DNA of 64,000 nucleotides from Eledone cirrhosa (GCA_964016885.1 OZ024740.1:162440001-162504000), one strand, 5' to 3'. Shown: positions 26,373 to 40,631, numbered from the stretch's first letter. Notes: generated by a model not told the origin, from the letters alone. A program made the numbers and translations.

Positions 26373-26413
<41 letters not shown>

Positions 26414-26466
26414 ATGTATATATGTATGTATATATGTATGTATATATATGTATATATATATATATG

Positions 26467-26509
<43 letters not shown>

Positions 26510-26608
26510 GTATATACATATATATATATGTATGTATATTTATATATATATATATATGTATATACATATATATATATGTATGTATATTTATATATATATA
26601 TATATATG

Positions 26609-26860
<252 letters not shown>

Positions 26861-27310
26861 ACTGCTCTGTAAAACATCTGATGTTATTACATTGAGTTAT
26901 TTAACTTACTGGTAATAAGGTAGTAATATATTACTGCCTATCACTATTTAGGGTTTGTAAAACTATATATAACTACAAAAGGTTTTTGTATTTGCATAAC
27001 CATAAATAGTATCCTTAATACTATATATATATATATATGTATGTATGTATATATACATATAAATATTTCAAATAGAAGTCATTTCTACAAGACTCGTGTT
27101 GTTCCATTCTGATTTATGGTGAAATAAGTTTTTCTGAGTACCTCACCTAATTCCTGGTACTTAGGGAGTTTTGCAATCGAATTAAGCAACATTGCTACCC
27201 TATGTTTACAGTGCCGTTTTTAACAGTTGCCTCTTTCCGTTCTTTAGCGGAGAATCAATTTCCCCCACTTCGCTCTCACTATATCTGTCTGTGTGCTCGT
27301 GTGTATATAC

Positions 27311-27384
<74 letters not shown>

Positions 27385-27385
<1 letters not shown>

Positions 27386-30364
27386 GAGACACCCTCCCTA
27401 AGATCCAGAACTCCAAACAGAACCAAAAGATAATACACAAGACTAACATAATTCTCAAAAACATTATCATCACAAACTAAACATTACTGATTTAAATCAT
27501 CTCTATTATGCATCGGCTAAAGTCACCACTCACTTATGTGGAGTGAAGATGAAAAAACAAAGGAATTCCCACAAGAAATCTACTTGGCAAGAGAACATCA
27601 ATCGCCAAATAAACCTTCTCCGATCTGACATAGAAATTTTAACAAACTATAAAGTAGGTGAACATGTTAAACAAACTAAACTTAGAAAATTGAAAAGAAA
27701 GTACAGTATAAAATCAACAAGTGACATAGACATGCTGATAGAAATAATCAAGCAAAAAGTGTCGGCCAAAGCTGCTCGTATAAGGCGCTTTGAAAAACGA
27801 TCTAGATTCTATAAGGACAATAATATGTTCAAAAACAACCAAAGAAACTTCTACAGAAAAATTGGTAAGTCAACAATAACTGCTAAATCAATACCACCCA
27901 AGGAGGAAGTGCAAGAATTCTGGGAAAAGATCTGGGCCGAAGAAAAAGTTCATAACATACATGCCCCATGGATAGACAGACAAATGAAAGATACAGCTCA
28001 CCTTGAGGAACAAGTATGGGAAAATATAACAGTTGAACAGTTGCGCTTGGCTCTAAGAAAAACCAGCAAATGGAAATCCCCAGGAAAAGACAAAATACAA
28101 AATGTTTGGATAAATGCCTTCACAGAGTCTCATGAGCTGTTAGCCCAACTTTACAATGAAATAGTTAAGGAGCCAGAAAAGATACCATCATGGCTAGTTA
28201 ACGGCATTACATTCCTGCTTCCGAAGAATGATGAGACAAACAATCCCAAAAATTACAGACCGATAACTTGCTTGACCACAATGTATACAATTTTAACATC
28301 AGTCCTAACTGAATATATATATGACCACCTGATAACAAATGACCTATTTCCCATTGAGCAGAAAGGGTGTAAACGAGGCTCATATGGCTGTAAGGATCAG
28401 CTCTTGGTTAACAAAATGATACTGGAAGATTGTCATAATAGACACAAAAAATCTATCAATTGCTTGGATAGATTATAAAAAAGCGTTCGATAGTTTGCCA
28501 CACAGTTGGATTGAAAAATGTTTAGAGATTTTCAAAATATCCCCCGTTGTCAGGAGGTTTTTGTCATTCAGTATGAGGACATGGAAAACGACACTCCTTT
28601 TGAATAGTGAAACAAAATCACTGGAAGCTGGAGAAGTTAATATTAATTGTGGAATTTTTCAGGGTGACTCTTTATCACCGCTTTTATTCTGCATGGCACT
28701 TATACCATTAAGTAAAATGCTCAATGAAACAAAACATGGATATAAAGTCTATGACAAAACCATTAATCATTTGTTCTAGATGGATGATCTGAAACTATTT
28801 GCAAAAAATGATGAACAATTGCAAGGGCTATTATCCACTGTGGAGCAGTTCAGTGATGACATTAAAATGGAGTTTGGACTAGATAAATGCGCCAAAGCAA
28901 CGTTCACCAGAGGAAAGCTGCTGAAGAGTTCAGACATTAATCTTGATCGGGGGAATGTGATAAGAGAACTTGATCAAGAAAAAACTTACAAGTATCTAGG
29001 TGTTTGTGAAGGAGACGGAATCAAGCACTCGACAATGAGGGAAAGGATAAGGAAGGAATGTTACCGCAGAGTAAGAGCAATCTTAAGAACGGAATTGAAT
29101 GCACGGAATAGGATCGATGCCATAAACACGCTTGCCATACCAGTAGTAACCTACAGTTACAATGTCATCAACTGGTCAAGCACAGAGATCCGTAGGCTCG
29201 ATACAAAAATTCGAAAATTCTTAACCATGCACAGAATGCATCACCCTAAGGCAGATACAGATAGAATATATCTCCCTAGGAAAGAAGGAGGACGTGGGTT
29301 AATCCAGTTAGACATTGCGCGTTGAAAACTGCAACAATTGGATTATCTACATATCTAAGGGAATCACATGATTGGATGATCAAACTCGTTTTGAAACACG
29401 AAAGCATCAAAAGATCATACTCCATTACAAAAGATGCACAAAGATACAGTAATGGACTACAAATTTCAGAAGTCCCATTTACTGCTGAAATGGAAAATAC
29501 AGAAAAAGCAAAGCAGGTAAAAGTAACTGCAAAGAAAGAACTGCTACAGAAACTGGCTAAGAAATGGCAAGAAAAGCCTCTGTATGGAAAATACCCAGAA
29601 CGAGCTAACAATCCTGATGTTGACAAAACATTAACCCATCAGTGGTTGGCATCCTCTGGCCTGAAATCGGAGACTGAAGGACTGATTATATCAGCACAAG
29701 ATCAGTGTCTGCCAACAAAAAATTACCAAGCCAACATAATAAAAAATGGATGCAGCCCATTATGCCGTGTATGTAAAAAACAACCAGAGACCATTGACCA
29801 TATAATCTCAATGTGCAGTCCTATAGCTCCAACCGAATACCTAAACAGGCATGACAGAGCTGCACAATACATACATTGGATAATGTGTAAGCATTTTGAC
29901 CTGCCCCATCAAAAGAATTGGTGGGAGCATCAACCACCTCCCATACTTGAAAAAGATCACATCTCAATCTTGTGGAACTTTAGCATCCAAACAGACCGAA
30001 AAATAGATGCAAATAGACCTGATATAATATTGAAGGACTTTAAAAAGAGGGTATGCCTGCTAATTGATATGTCCGTTCCAATAGACAAGAATGTATCTAT
30101 AAAAACATTTGAAAAATTGAACAAGTATAAGGACCTGGAGATAGAAATTGGAAAAATGTGGAAATTGAGAACTAAAACAATACCAGTGGTTGTAGGCGCT
30201 CTAGGAATGATACCTAAGGGGTCTAATGATTACTTATCGCAAATCCCAGGAACAGCAAGAACCCTCCGATACGTCCTGAATATCTGAGGCTGCAGGTAGT
30301 GGCTTGATATTCATTTCAACAAACTTTCCAGTTAAATAACATCAATGACTGAGACTCAAAGAAC
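27385..30364 (+). mobile_element. R4/Dong-like RLE LINE, family B, 5'-truncated, few disruptions
   Basis: ORFs 27543-28478, 28495-28779, 28780-29325 and 29322-30287: [25 protein letters not shown], (Y)MDD, CRVC..HIISMC, RPDII..DMSVP..KLNKY. Preceded by (AAT)n at 27313-27384 and followed by (AAT)n. Confidence 0.92.
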
Positions 30365-30389
30365 AATAATAATAATAATAATAATGATG

Positions 30390-33300
30390 ATTTCTTTATT
30401 GGCCACAAGGGCTGACATCAAGAAAAACATTACAGACGGCACATGACGGTACAGGATGGTGCGATGTGGGTTTTGTGCGTGTAAATATTTTTATTATTTA
30501 TATAAGAAAAGAATAAAAATACATAGAAATATATATATATATAAACAATAAAAATGAAAATTGAAACAATGAAAAATTCCCCAATAGAGGGGAAACCTCC
30601 GAGGGTTACTCGTGGCGAAAACCACACAAAAGACCACGGCCACCCTGACCACCAGGGCAAGCGCCCTCTCTCAATTTTTCCATTTCTCAAACTACAGGCG
30701 TATATTCAGAGCGGTCCCGTTCACTCGGCCAATTTTCGCTACATACACCCACCTTTCAACAAACTTGCTAGAAGGCAGCACTTGCCTCTCCACCCTGATT
30801 TTCCTCTTCAAGTGAAACTTGAAAAAGTTAATTAGGGATTCGCCGAAGAGGAAAGTGTCTGTCTTTAACCCTTTCAACCTTGACCACTACACAGTCTCTT
30901 TCGCCATGGCCACCAAGCAGGTGAAAACCGCTTGCCCTTCCTCCTCGAAGGAAGACGGCGAGATCATGTGCACAATGGACTCAGTCGATAACCGGGTCAT
31001 TCCTACACGCGACAGCAACTGTTCGACATAGCTCCACAAGTCAGCAATGCCCGGGCACTGAACGAGTGCGTGCACGACGGTTTCGTCGCTCTGCGCGCAT
31101 CTCGGACAGGCTCGGCTGACGGCAATTCTGTGCCTGTAGACCTTATCTCGAAACGGCAAAACTCACCGGTAGCACTGCCAGGCCAGGGATTTCTGGAAGT
31201 TATACATAGGCCCTGGACTGAAAGTTCTCCGGAAGAGAGCAAACAGCTGATTTTCTTTGACGCCCAGGATCTCTCCGAGAACGTCGTCGCACTTTCCCTC
31301 CACTAGTCCTCTATAGAACGCCGAGGTGGATGTTCCACCGATACTGGTGCCCAGCTGGCAGAGGGCAGTGAGCGCCTGGATATATTCCAGTTTCCAAGCG
31401 CTATCCCTCGGTCTTTTCCTGACCCAGGACTGCAGTTCCGTCAAGGAGACGAGCTGTGGGAAAACGTGCCTGGCGAACGGCGACCACACCTGTTCATCGT
31501 CAAGGAAGCACCAGAGAAATCGCAGCCTCAGCGCATGTTTGCGCATCTTCAGCCATGGCATGCCCATTCCTCTACGCAACGGGTGTTGACAGCAGATGGA
31601 TCATCTGACCATGGGACCGCGTCCCTTCCACAAAAAGCGGAAGAGGAGGCGCTCCATTTTGGTGAGAGTTGGGCCGGGGCAAGGGACGACGGTGAGGCGG
31701 TAGCAGATGACGGATGCCATGTACGTATTCGCCACCTCCGCCCGGCCTTTCAGTGACAGCTTCCTCTCGGCCCATTTCTGGGTGAAGGAGGCCACTCTGC
31801 TCGTCACCTTGCTCCAGTTTTTCTCCATCTGGCGGTCCGGTCCGAACCAGACCGCGAACAATGTAACCGGTCCGTCCGTCCAACGCCCCACGACGCTGTT
31901 GGACGGCATGGACTTGCCTCTCCAGGTGCCGAGCTGCAAATCCACCGACTTTATCTGGTTTATCTTTGCTCCGGTCACCGCTTCGTATTCCTTGAGAGCG
32001 GTGCCGAGCATCTGGATGTGTCTGGTCCTCAACACCACCACGGTGACGTCGTCGACGTAAGCCGAATCGGATTTCCCGCATCCTAGTTCGCATGGGACGC
32101 CTCTCATCGCCCCCAGTTTGTGCAGTAACGGCTCGAGAGCCAATACATACAAGAGGGACGAGAGGGGACAACCCTGGCGGACCGAGCTCATGATGCTGAA
32201 CGGCTGCGACAGGTGACCGTTCACCCTCACAACTGAGCAGATGTCACTGTACATCGCAGCGATCCAACGCCTGAAAACGGGTCCGAAACTGGCTGCCTCG
32301 CGGACCGCCGCCAGGTACCGATGGTCGACCCTATCGAATGCTTTGGATTGATCCAAGTTGATCAGGGCCCCACCCGTGCCAGGTTCCTTAACCACCCTCT
32401 CTACGCTGTATCGCATGTGGTGGAGGTTGTCGTGAATGGATCTGTCCGGAATGGCGCATGTCTGCGCCTCTCCCACCAGACCCTCGACGACAAGCGCCAA
32501 CCTCGTTGCTAATACCTTGGCCAAAATCTTGAACTCTGCGTTTAGCAGAGTTATAGTCCTGAAGTTATCGATAACATCCCCCTTATTCGGGTCTCTTCTC
32601 ATCAGCGCCACTGCTCCCCGGCTCACAAAACTGGGAATGCTCCCGTTCTGCTGCCAGTTGCAATAGATGTCTGCCAAGAGGTCACCGAACAAGTTTGGCA
32701 TAAATGCATAAAGCTCGTAGGGCAGACCATCCAAACCTGGCGATTTACTCCTCGTGCATTTAGCCATCGCTTCCCAGATTTCACCGGCTGTTATTGGCTT
32801 TTCGCAACACTGTGCTGCGGTCGTCGAGAGCCGAGGCAGTCCGTCGAGGTATGCACTGAAATTCCAACCCCGATCCGGCCCGCCGGAACAGTTCAGCAAA
32901 GTGCTGTTGAAAAGCCTCACACATCTGCTCGGGTTCGAGCAACACCCACCCGTTTGGGTCAGACAAAGACCGAATTGTGGCTTTGTTGCCACGTTGCGCC
33001 TCTGCCACCCGGGCCCATTGGACGGCTTTTGTGCCCTCGTGTTTCAGAACACGCGCTCTAGCCTTTGTGTTTTGTGTTGAAGAATTGGTCGAGTGCCAAT
33101 CTCGCCCCAAGCACGTCGGTTGCGATGCCTGTCCTAAACGCCTCTTCTAGCTTTCTGACTAACTCTCCCTCTACTCTATTTTTTTCTATCGCTACTCCTT
33201 TTCTAAACCTAATCGACTCAACTTTAATTGTCCTTTTCAGGGCAAACCACAACCTGTTGTTGACTACCGCTCCCGTCAACGCCCGCTTAACTAATACGCT

Positions 33301-33960
33301 AATCCGGTCTCTGTAGGCTTTGCGCGTTCAGCTTCCAGTAACCAGGTCCTTGTCTATGAAGTCTGTCCATGTCGATCACACAGATCACAAATTTGTGGTT
33401 TGTGTAGTCGACTATTTTAAATTGTGGACAACTTATACTAGCCTGCATCCAAGATACCGTTCCAGTCGCCCACTAACACTAAAGAGCGGGACGTTCCAAG
33501 AAAGGTCTCTAGACGTCTGAAGAAATCTGGCCGTCCTGCCCCAGTTGGGGCGTAGACGGCTACTAGCCTGAAACATTGCTTTCGCTTCTGGTCACGTCCA
33601 GCGCCACCGACTTACCATCTGGGTCCAGGAAGATGGCCCGTATGGCGAGATCCAAGCCTCTCCGAAAAAGGACGGCAACCCCTTCCCCCGATCCTGGACG
33701 GCTGGGAGATGCGTATACATCGTAGACACCGAAAAACGGTGCGAAGGCCCGTGCTTCGGAGATTCTGGTCTCGCTGATGGCCACCACATCTATGTTTAGT
33801 GACCTGAGGTCGTTGAGCAGGTGACCCTACTTCCAAGATGACCCCAGGCCACGTGCATTTATACTGCCTATTATCAGTACGGCCATGTTTGATGAGAAAC
33901 GGGGCAAGTGAGAAAGGGTCACTTACCTTGATCGTGAGGTGAAGGGACAGTAGAACTGAC
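30390..33960 (-). mobile_element. Tx1/L1-clade LINE copy C (ORF2 plus end of ORF1), decayed
   Basis: ORF2 ATG at 33886 (MAVLIIGSINARG), RT ORF 31601-32992 (AYVDD), CPRC, 3'UTR with AATAAA. About 200 bp are missing from the APE domain near 33440. Confidence 0.92.
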
Positions 33961-33969
33961 CCTTTGGCT

Positions 33970-34484
33970 GGTCATGGGTGTTACCGAATTACCCACGCCT
34001 TGCTGCGTTTCACACATTTTTTTTTTGTAAGAAAATGATGATTGATTCATGGAGAAAAGTTTTTGTTTTTTGTAAATTATTTTTTTCAAAATATCAATTC
34101 AAAACTTTTGTGAATGTGCATCATATCTTGTCATTTACCTATGGTTTCGAAGGAAAAACATTTTCAGCGCGAGTTTGTGCCTCTGGGTAACCCCAATAGA
34201 GGGTTTAACCCCCATTAGGGTGTCTTAATATTATTGATATTTGCTGAAAGTTTGTGAATAGGCATCATATCTTGTCATTTACCTATGGTTTAAATTTCAT
34301 ATAAATCGAAGGGAGAAAATTATCAGCGGGGGTTTTGTGCTCCGGGGAACCCTTTGATTAAAATGAAATATACTTATCCAAGTACCCTGGGCAAAGTAGT
34401 TTCAGAATATATATGGTTATGGGGGTCTATCTCCAAAACCATAGGAGTAGTTCGTAAACAAACAAACAAACAGACAGGAATACA

Positions 34485-34495
<11 letters not shown>
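33970..34495. mobile_element. Probable non-autonomous Helitron-like repeat
   Basis: Internal duplication (CATCATATCTTGTCATTTACCTATGG twice) and a (CAAA)n/CAGAC end into (TA)n, like the other Helitron-type ends here. Confidence 0.4.
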
Positions 34496-34541
<46 letters not shown>

Positions 34542-34800
34542 ATTGGGAGATACCAGTCCGGACTAGTAAGACCATGTTTAGTTTAATACTCAATACTTGG
34601 GAAGGTAGAGTGTATGTGTTGTAAATAGTTAGTGCCCGACGGCAGAGCTCACGGCGTTTCGACGGCGAGTGGAGGAGTTGTCGAAACGCCGTCAGCTCCG
34701 TCATCGAGTACTACTTTTTACACTATGTATCTATATATGTGTGTATGTACGTATATATATATATATATATATATGTGTACGTATATATGTATGTATGTAC

Positions 34801-34835
<35 letters not shown>

Positions 34836-34968
34836 TGTATGTATGTATGTATGTATGTATGTACGTATATATGTATGTATGTATGTATGTAGGTATATAT
34901 ATATATATCATGTCAGGTCACCAGTTGGTGTTACTGATAACATGTATCCCAGTACAACCTGTCTCATG

Positions 34969-35520
34969 GTCGGGTCGTTGGCGACTAAACTGGCAACCCC
35001 ACCAAGATTTCTTGGCGAGGAGGGTGACTTTTGACATCATGCAGGACTAAAAACAAAACCTGTCAAAGGGTAAAGGAGCTCTTAAGAGTCAATGGCCATT
35101 CAAAATCACCGGGAGAGATGACCCCTTAGCCTTTGTCAAGGCAGAATTCTAGGAGAAGGAAAACTCTGATATAACACCTGCAACCCTGATGGTATCCAAT
35201 GATGTTGACTTGTTCTTTTTGGTAAATATCATCTTGGTTAAGAGAGTGGGACTGGCTTTGTGCAGTGCCTTTGCTCACTATAAAAGCTTCACGGCACAGG
35301 CATTGCTTTATATCTGGAGATCTCTCTGCACTTGTCGTCGAATGGTAGCATGGGGCCAGCACTATGTGTCAGTAATTGTCACAGGTGTAGTGTTTGTACC
35401 AGAGTTTTCAAGTCGCTGGCTGGACTAAAAAGTCACACTCGTTCAGCGCATCGGTAGAGGTTCTCCTACATGGATATAAAGTAGTGGCCGTACTCGAAAA
35501 CGAGTTGGCAGCCACCATGT
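34969..35520 (+). mobile_element. Bipartite non-autonomous RTE-like element (structured head + ORF 3' end)
   Basis: The 3' part encodes a C2H2 finger CHRCSVCTRVFKSLAGLKSHTRSAHR* (35377-35457) and ends in the hairpin CTCGaaaaCGAG. Homologous parts lie at 36960-37550 (-). Confidence 0.65.
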
Positions 35521-36709
35521 ACACACACATATATACACACACACATATGTGGTAGATTAGATGAGTTGATAATACAATCATATAATGCAAAGAATAATTC
35601 AAAGTTCAAATAGATTTTATAACCCATAGTAAGATTGGTAAAAGACAGTTCATAATCCAATTAGTAAATTTCCAGTCACAGTAGTTTTACAATATCACAG
35701 ACCATATATAAAATGAATACAATAAACAGGATTTAATTACATAATTCAATGGAACGTTTCTTTCAAATACAGAAGGAAGTACCATTTTATCCCTCTGAAC
35801 TGAATTCCTCAGAATCATTAAATAACACAAAAGGTAATTATTTACCAACTGCATGTCTGGACATTTCCATATTTGAAAATGTAAACATCTGTATACATAT
35901 TCAGGTCCCGAATATATGTAAAGTTTACGTCCTATGCTCGAACAGTTCTGCCAGTTAAACATTAGCAATACTCGTACTACTGTTATGTAAAATCCATTTT
36001 AGTTCTATCCAAGTTTATGAGAACTATAAATAGCTACATGCTGTCATTCTATCTTATCAGGAAAATGAGTGATCGATCACATAAAGCAGTAATAATCATT
36101 AACACTAGTCAGATAATTTATTTTTCTGACCAGAGAAAGAAAAACATAGGATTTAAACACAGTATCTAATTTTCCGTTTACTGTAACAACCTCTAAAAAC
36201 CCAAACGGAGAGTACCATGAAAAAAGTGCCCCAATCGGGGAGAAACGAGGCAAAATGGGGAGATTTTACATAATGAAAGCTATACCCATTTTCACAAGAG
36301 AAGACATCTCTCACCCACCCCAAAGTGGGTCGGAGATCTCATCGTCGAACGGGGAAAGTTGACAGGTCTGGCTATAAGCACATGCATTACACTTCTGTAA
36401 ATTATGGCATGCCGATATAATTTTGACCGAATATGTGTATAGTGTAAATAGCAGAATATGTGTATAGTGTAAATAACAGATCTCTGATGAAGCAGTAAAA
36501 TATACAGAAACTAGTCATGAAAACGACTATATGAAACGAGCGTATATGGCGGAGGGCGAATGTTAGTTCATTCCAATTGAACTTTTGATCCTTTTTAATG
36601 TGTATGTGATTTTTTTTTCGTAGGGAAGGTGACAAACTCAGGATTCCCACTGCGCCGAGATTAAACATGTGTGGGTACTATAAACTGACCGTTAGATTTC
36701 TCTCTCTCT

Positions 36710-36772
<63 letters not shown>

Positions 36773-36959
36773 CGTAAAACGTACACTCACGCACTCAGAT
36801 ACACACACATACATACAAACATACATTCATGATGGCTGCAATCGTTCGTCAGATTATAGAAAATAGTGCATTTTTAGGCTGCGGCCAGCCACACTAACCT
36901 GTAACAAATCCCGAACAAATAATGCCTGTGCTTTGAAGGTTTTTTAAGTGTACTCGATC

Positions 36960-37550
36960 AAACCTCTCTCTGAGCAACGAAAACACTACCCTAAAAGGAG
37001 AACTGGTCAACATCTTCGGATGCTCCGAAGCCGCAGGTTTTTTTTTTTTTCAGAGTTTCCCTCTCTTAGAAAGGTGTTGTGACAATAACTGGGGGCCTTT
37101 CACTCCCAGGTAGTAAAAAAGTGCTATTTGGATGGCCGGTGACTCTGCTGAGTTCCTCCGCCCTTTGCCGGGTCTTGTATTTCATCCCGCATGGTATCCA
37201 AATATCACCCTCCTCACCAAGCAAGCTTGGTGGGGTTGCCCGTTTAGTCGCCGATGACCCGACTATACATACATTCATATATACATACATGGTGGCTGCC
37301 AACTCGTTTTCGAGTACGGCCACTACTTTATATCCATGTAGGAGAACCCCTACCGATGCGCTGAACGAGTGTGACTTTTTAGTCCAGCCAGCGACTCGAA
37401 AACTCTGGTACAAACACTACACCTGTGACAATTATTGACACATAGTGCTGGGCCCATGGTACCATATGACGACAAGTGCAGAGAGATCTCCAGATATAAA
37501 GCAATGTCTGTGCCGTGAAGCTTTCATAGTGAGCAAAGGCACTGCACAAA
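36960..37550 (-). mobile_element. RTE-like 3' end (37288-37550) followed by the head of a related element (36960-37263)
   Basis: 37288-37550 is nearly identical to 35255-35520. The head is homologous to 34969-35250, and the two parts are joined by (TATG)n. Confidence 0.65.
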
Positions 37551-37989
37551 GCATACATACATAGATACATACATACATACATACATACATACATACATAC
37601 ATACATACATACATACATACATACATACATACATACATTCGTGTATTTATATATGTTCTAGTGGGTAAAAGGATTGTTTATACACAAGACTATTATTAAT
37701 ATTTTCATATCTATATAAAAGAAGGTCAACGTTGTCTGTCATATCGAAATTTCAATGATTTTTATTTTGTTCAATTAATTACTGCATAAAACATTCCACA
37801 TAAGATATAATCTCCTTATAATATATAACCAGCAATTTCTCTGTCTGTCTGACAGTGGAAACACGTGCGCGCGTGCGAATGTTTTTTGCGCAGGCGTAGA
37901 GAGAGAGAGTGAAAGAGTGAGAGTGAAAGAAAGAGACAGACTACAAGAGGGGGATAGCGGGAGGGAGAGAGGGGGGAATTGAGGAGTGC

Positions 37990-39018
37990 TACAGAAACAT
38001 ATATACATTTCTGTGTGTGTGTAATATATATATATATATACACACACAGAAATATATATATATACACACAGAAATATATATACATTTCTGTGTGTGTAAT
38101 ATATATATATATACACACAGAAATATATATACATTTCTGTGTGTGTAATATATATATAGATATATATACACACACAGAAATATATATACATTTCTGTGTG
38201 TGTAATATATATATATATATATATTTATATATACACACACAGAAATGTATATATATTTCTGTGTGTATATATATATATATATATTACACACACAGAAATG
38301 TATATATATATACACACAGAAATATATATACATCCCTTAGCTACTGTATCTGTTGCTATCTCTCTCTCTCTCTCCAGCTATCCCTCTCTTTTAGTCTGTC
38401 TGTTTCTCTCACTCTCACTCTTTCTCTTTGTAACACACTAACATTCCTCCCCTCTATCGCTGTGACGAATGGGGAGATGGAGGAGGAGGAGGAGAGAGTC
38501 ACTTCGTCACTTCACCTCTGCCTTTCTTTCTCTCTCCTCTCACTCCCTCATTACGTACAGACATTAGGGCGGTCGATTGGCAGAATCTGTAGAGAGTCGG
38601 GCACCATGCTTCATAGCATGGAGTTACGTCCCTTTGCGGTCTGAGTTCAAATACTGCCGAGGTTAACTTTGCCTTTCATCCTCACGGGGTCGATAAAATA
38701 AAGTACCAGTAATGTACTGGGTAATTGCTGGCCTTGTGCCAAAAGTAGAAACAATTATTAGAAACATTGCTTCATTTTTACGTATCTAAGCATTAGTAAA
38801 ATAACTAATAATTTCAAAAGTAATTTTTCAATTCCAATTGTTATGAACAGCAAAACATTAATAATAATTTTGTTCTAAGAAATATATATACATTTCTGTG
38901 TGTGTAATATATATATATATATATATACACACACAGAAATATATATACATTTCTGTGTGTGTAATATATATATATATATATATACACACACAAAAATATA
39001 TATACATTTCTGTGTGTG

Positions 39019-39071
<53 letters not shown>

Positions 39072-39099
39072 GAGAAATATATATGCATTTCTGTGTGTG

Positions 39100-39120
<21 letters not shown>
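37990..39120. repeat. Microsatellite-containing minisatellite (ACACACAGAAATATATATACATTTCTGTGTGTGTAA(TA)n), two blocks
   Basis: Blocks ~37990-38330 and ~38878-39120. The unit is itself a hairpin (ACACAGAAAT/ATTTCTGTGT). Confidence 0.8.
38567..38760 (+). mobile_element. Main-family SINE
   Basis: A/B boxes, core and 3' end are all present. Confidence 0.85.
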
Positions 39121-39141
<21 letters not shown>

Positions 39142-39147
<6 letters not shown>

Positions 39148-40631
39148 AAGTGAGTCCTTCATCAGTGACCCTCCAACCGTCCTCGGCATTTCATCGCTTT
39201 AAGGGCCATATGCCTCAGGTTGGTGCGAACAACGGCTAAAAAAAGTCGTTGGGACACGTAAATAAAGGGGGACGCTAGAGTAACAACAAAAAGGGTTTAA
39301 GCAACGGAAAGTGAGTAGAAATAGACAAGTCCCAGATCTCTATGAATATAAACTCTGTGAAATCGTGAATAAGAGACGAAAGACCATCGAACCTGGTAGA
39401 AATGTGAGCAAGGAAAGAATTTCGCCCAAGTTTGACGGGGGGAAAAAAGAGAGAGAGAGAGAGACAGAGAAAGGAGAGAAGAAGAAGAAGAAGAAGAAGA
39501 AGAAGAAGAAGAAGAAGAAGAAGAAGAAGAAGAAGAAGAAGAAGAAGAAGAAGAAGAAGAAGAAGAAGAAGAAGAAGAAGAAGATAAGGTGGTCTGGTCT
39601 GCGAAATCGGTAAACGCAAGTTTTGTGAAGTCACAGACGAAAGAGAGAGAGAAAAAAATTCCATACCAGCTCGGTCAAGACTGCGCGAGAAAAGAATTAC
39701 ACACAGGTCAAACTTGAAGGAGGAGGAGGAAAGAGGAGGAGGAGAGGTAGTGACAGAGAATGAGTGAGTGAAAGTTGAGGAGAGGGTAACAGAGAGGGAG
39801 AGAGACTGCTAGAAGTGGTAAAGATACAAGGAACAGACAGACAGGCAGCATGGAAAAGTAATATGTGTAAATATGATGATAATAATGGAGCTGCGGCGTT
39901 GCAAATGGGATACATATGAAAAAGTGAGTCCTTCATCAGTGACCCTCCAACCGTCCTCGGCATTTCATCGCTTTAAGGGCCATATGCCTCAGGTTGGTGC
40001 GAACAACGGCTAAAAAAAGTCGTTGGGACACGTAAATAAAGGGGGACGCTAGAGTAACAACAAAAAGGGTTTAAGCAACGGAAAGTGAGTAGAAATAGAC
40101 AAGTCCCAGATCTCTATGAACTCTCCCTCTTTCGTCTGTGACTTCACAAAACTTGCGTTTACCGATTTCGCAGACCAGACCACCTTATCTTCTTCTTCTT
40201 CTTCTTCTTCTTCTTCTTCTTCTTCTTCTTCTTCTTCTTCTTCCTCTTCTCTCCTTTCTCTGTCTCTCTCTCTCTCTCTTTTTTCCCCCCGTCAAACTTG
40301 GGCGAAATTCTTTCCTTGCTCACATTTCTACCAGGTTCGATGGTCTTTCGTCTCTTGTTCACGATTTCACAGAGTTTATATTCATAGAGATCTGGGACTT
40401 GTCTATTTCTACTCACTTTCCGTTGCTTAAACCCTTTTTGTTGTTACTCTAGCGTCCCCCTTTATTTACGTGTCCCAACGACTTTTTTTAGCCGTTGTTC
40501 GCACCAACCTGAGGCATATGGCCCTTAAAGCGATGAAATGCCGAGGACGGTTGGAGGGTCACTGATGAAGGACTCACTTTTTCATATGTATCCCATTTGC
40601 AACGCCGCAGCTCCATTATTATCATCATATT

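Larger units (their letters stand above)
26025..26375. repeat. Near-perfect palindrome, ~163-bp arms, 25-nt spacer
   Basis: Arms 26025-26187 and 26213-26375, one mismatch seen. It abuts a long (TA)n tract. Confidence 0.93.

Noticed and set aside
40500-40600. Canonical hammerhead from CTGATGA/GAAA motifs
   Set aside because: Stems II and III could not be paired in any type I, II or III topology.
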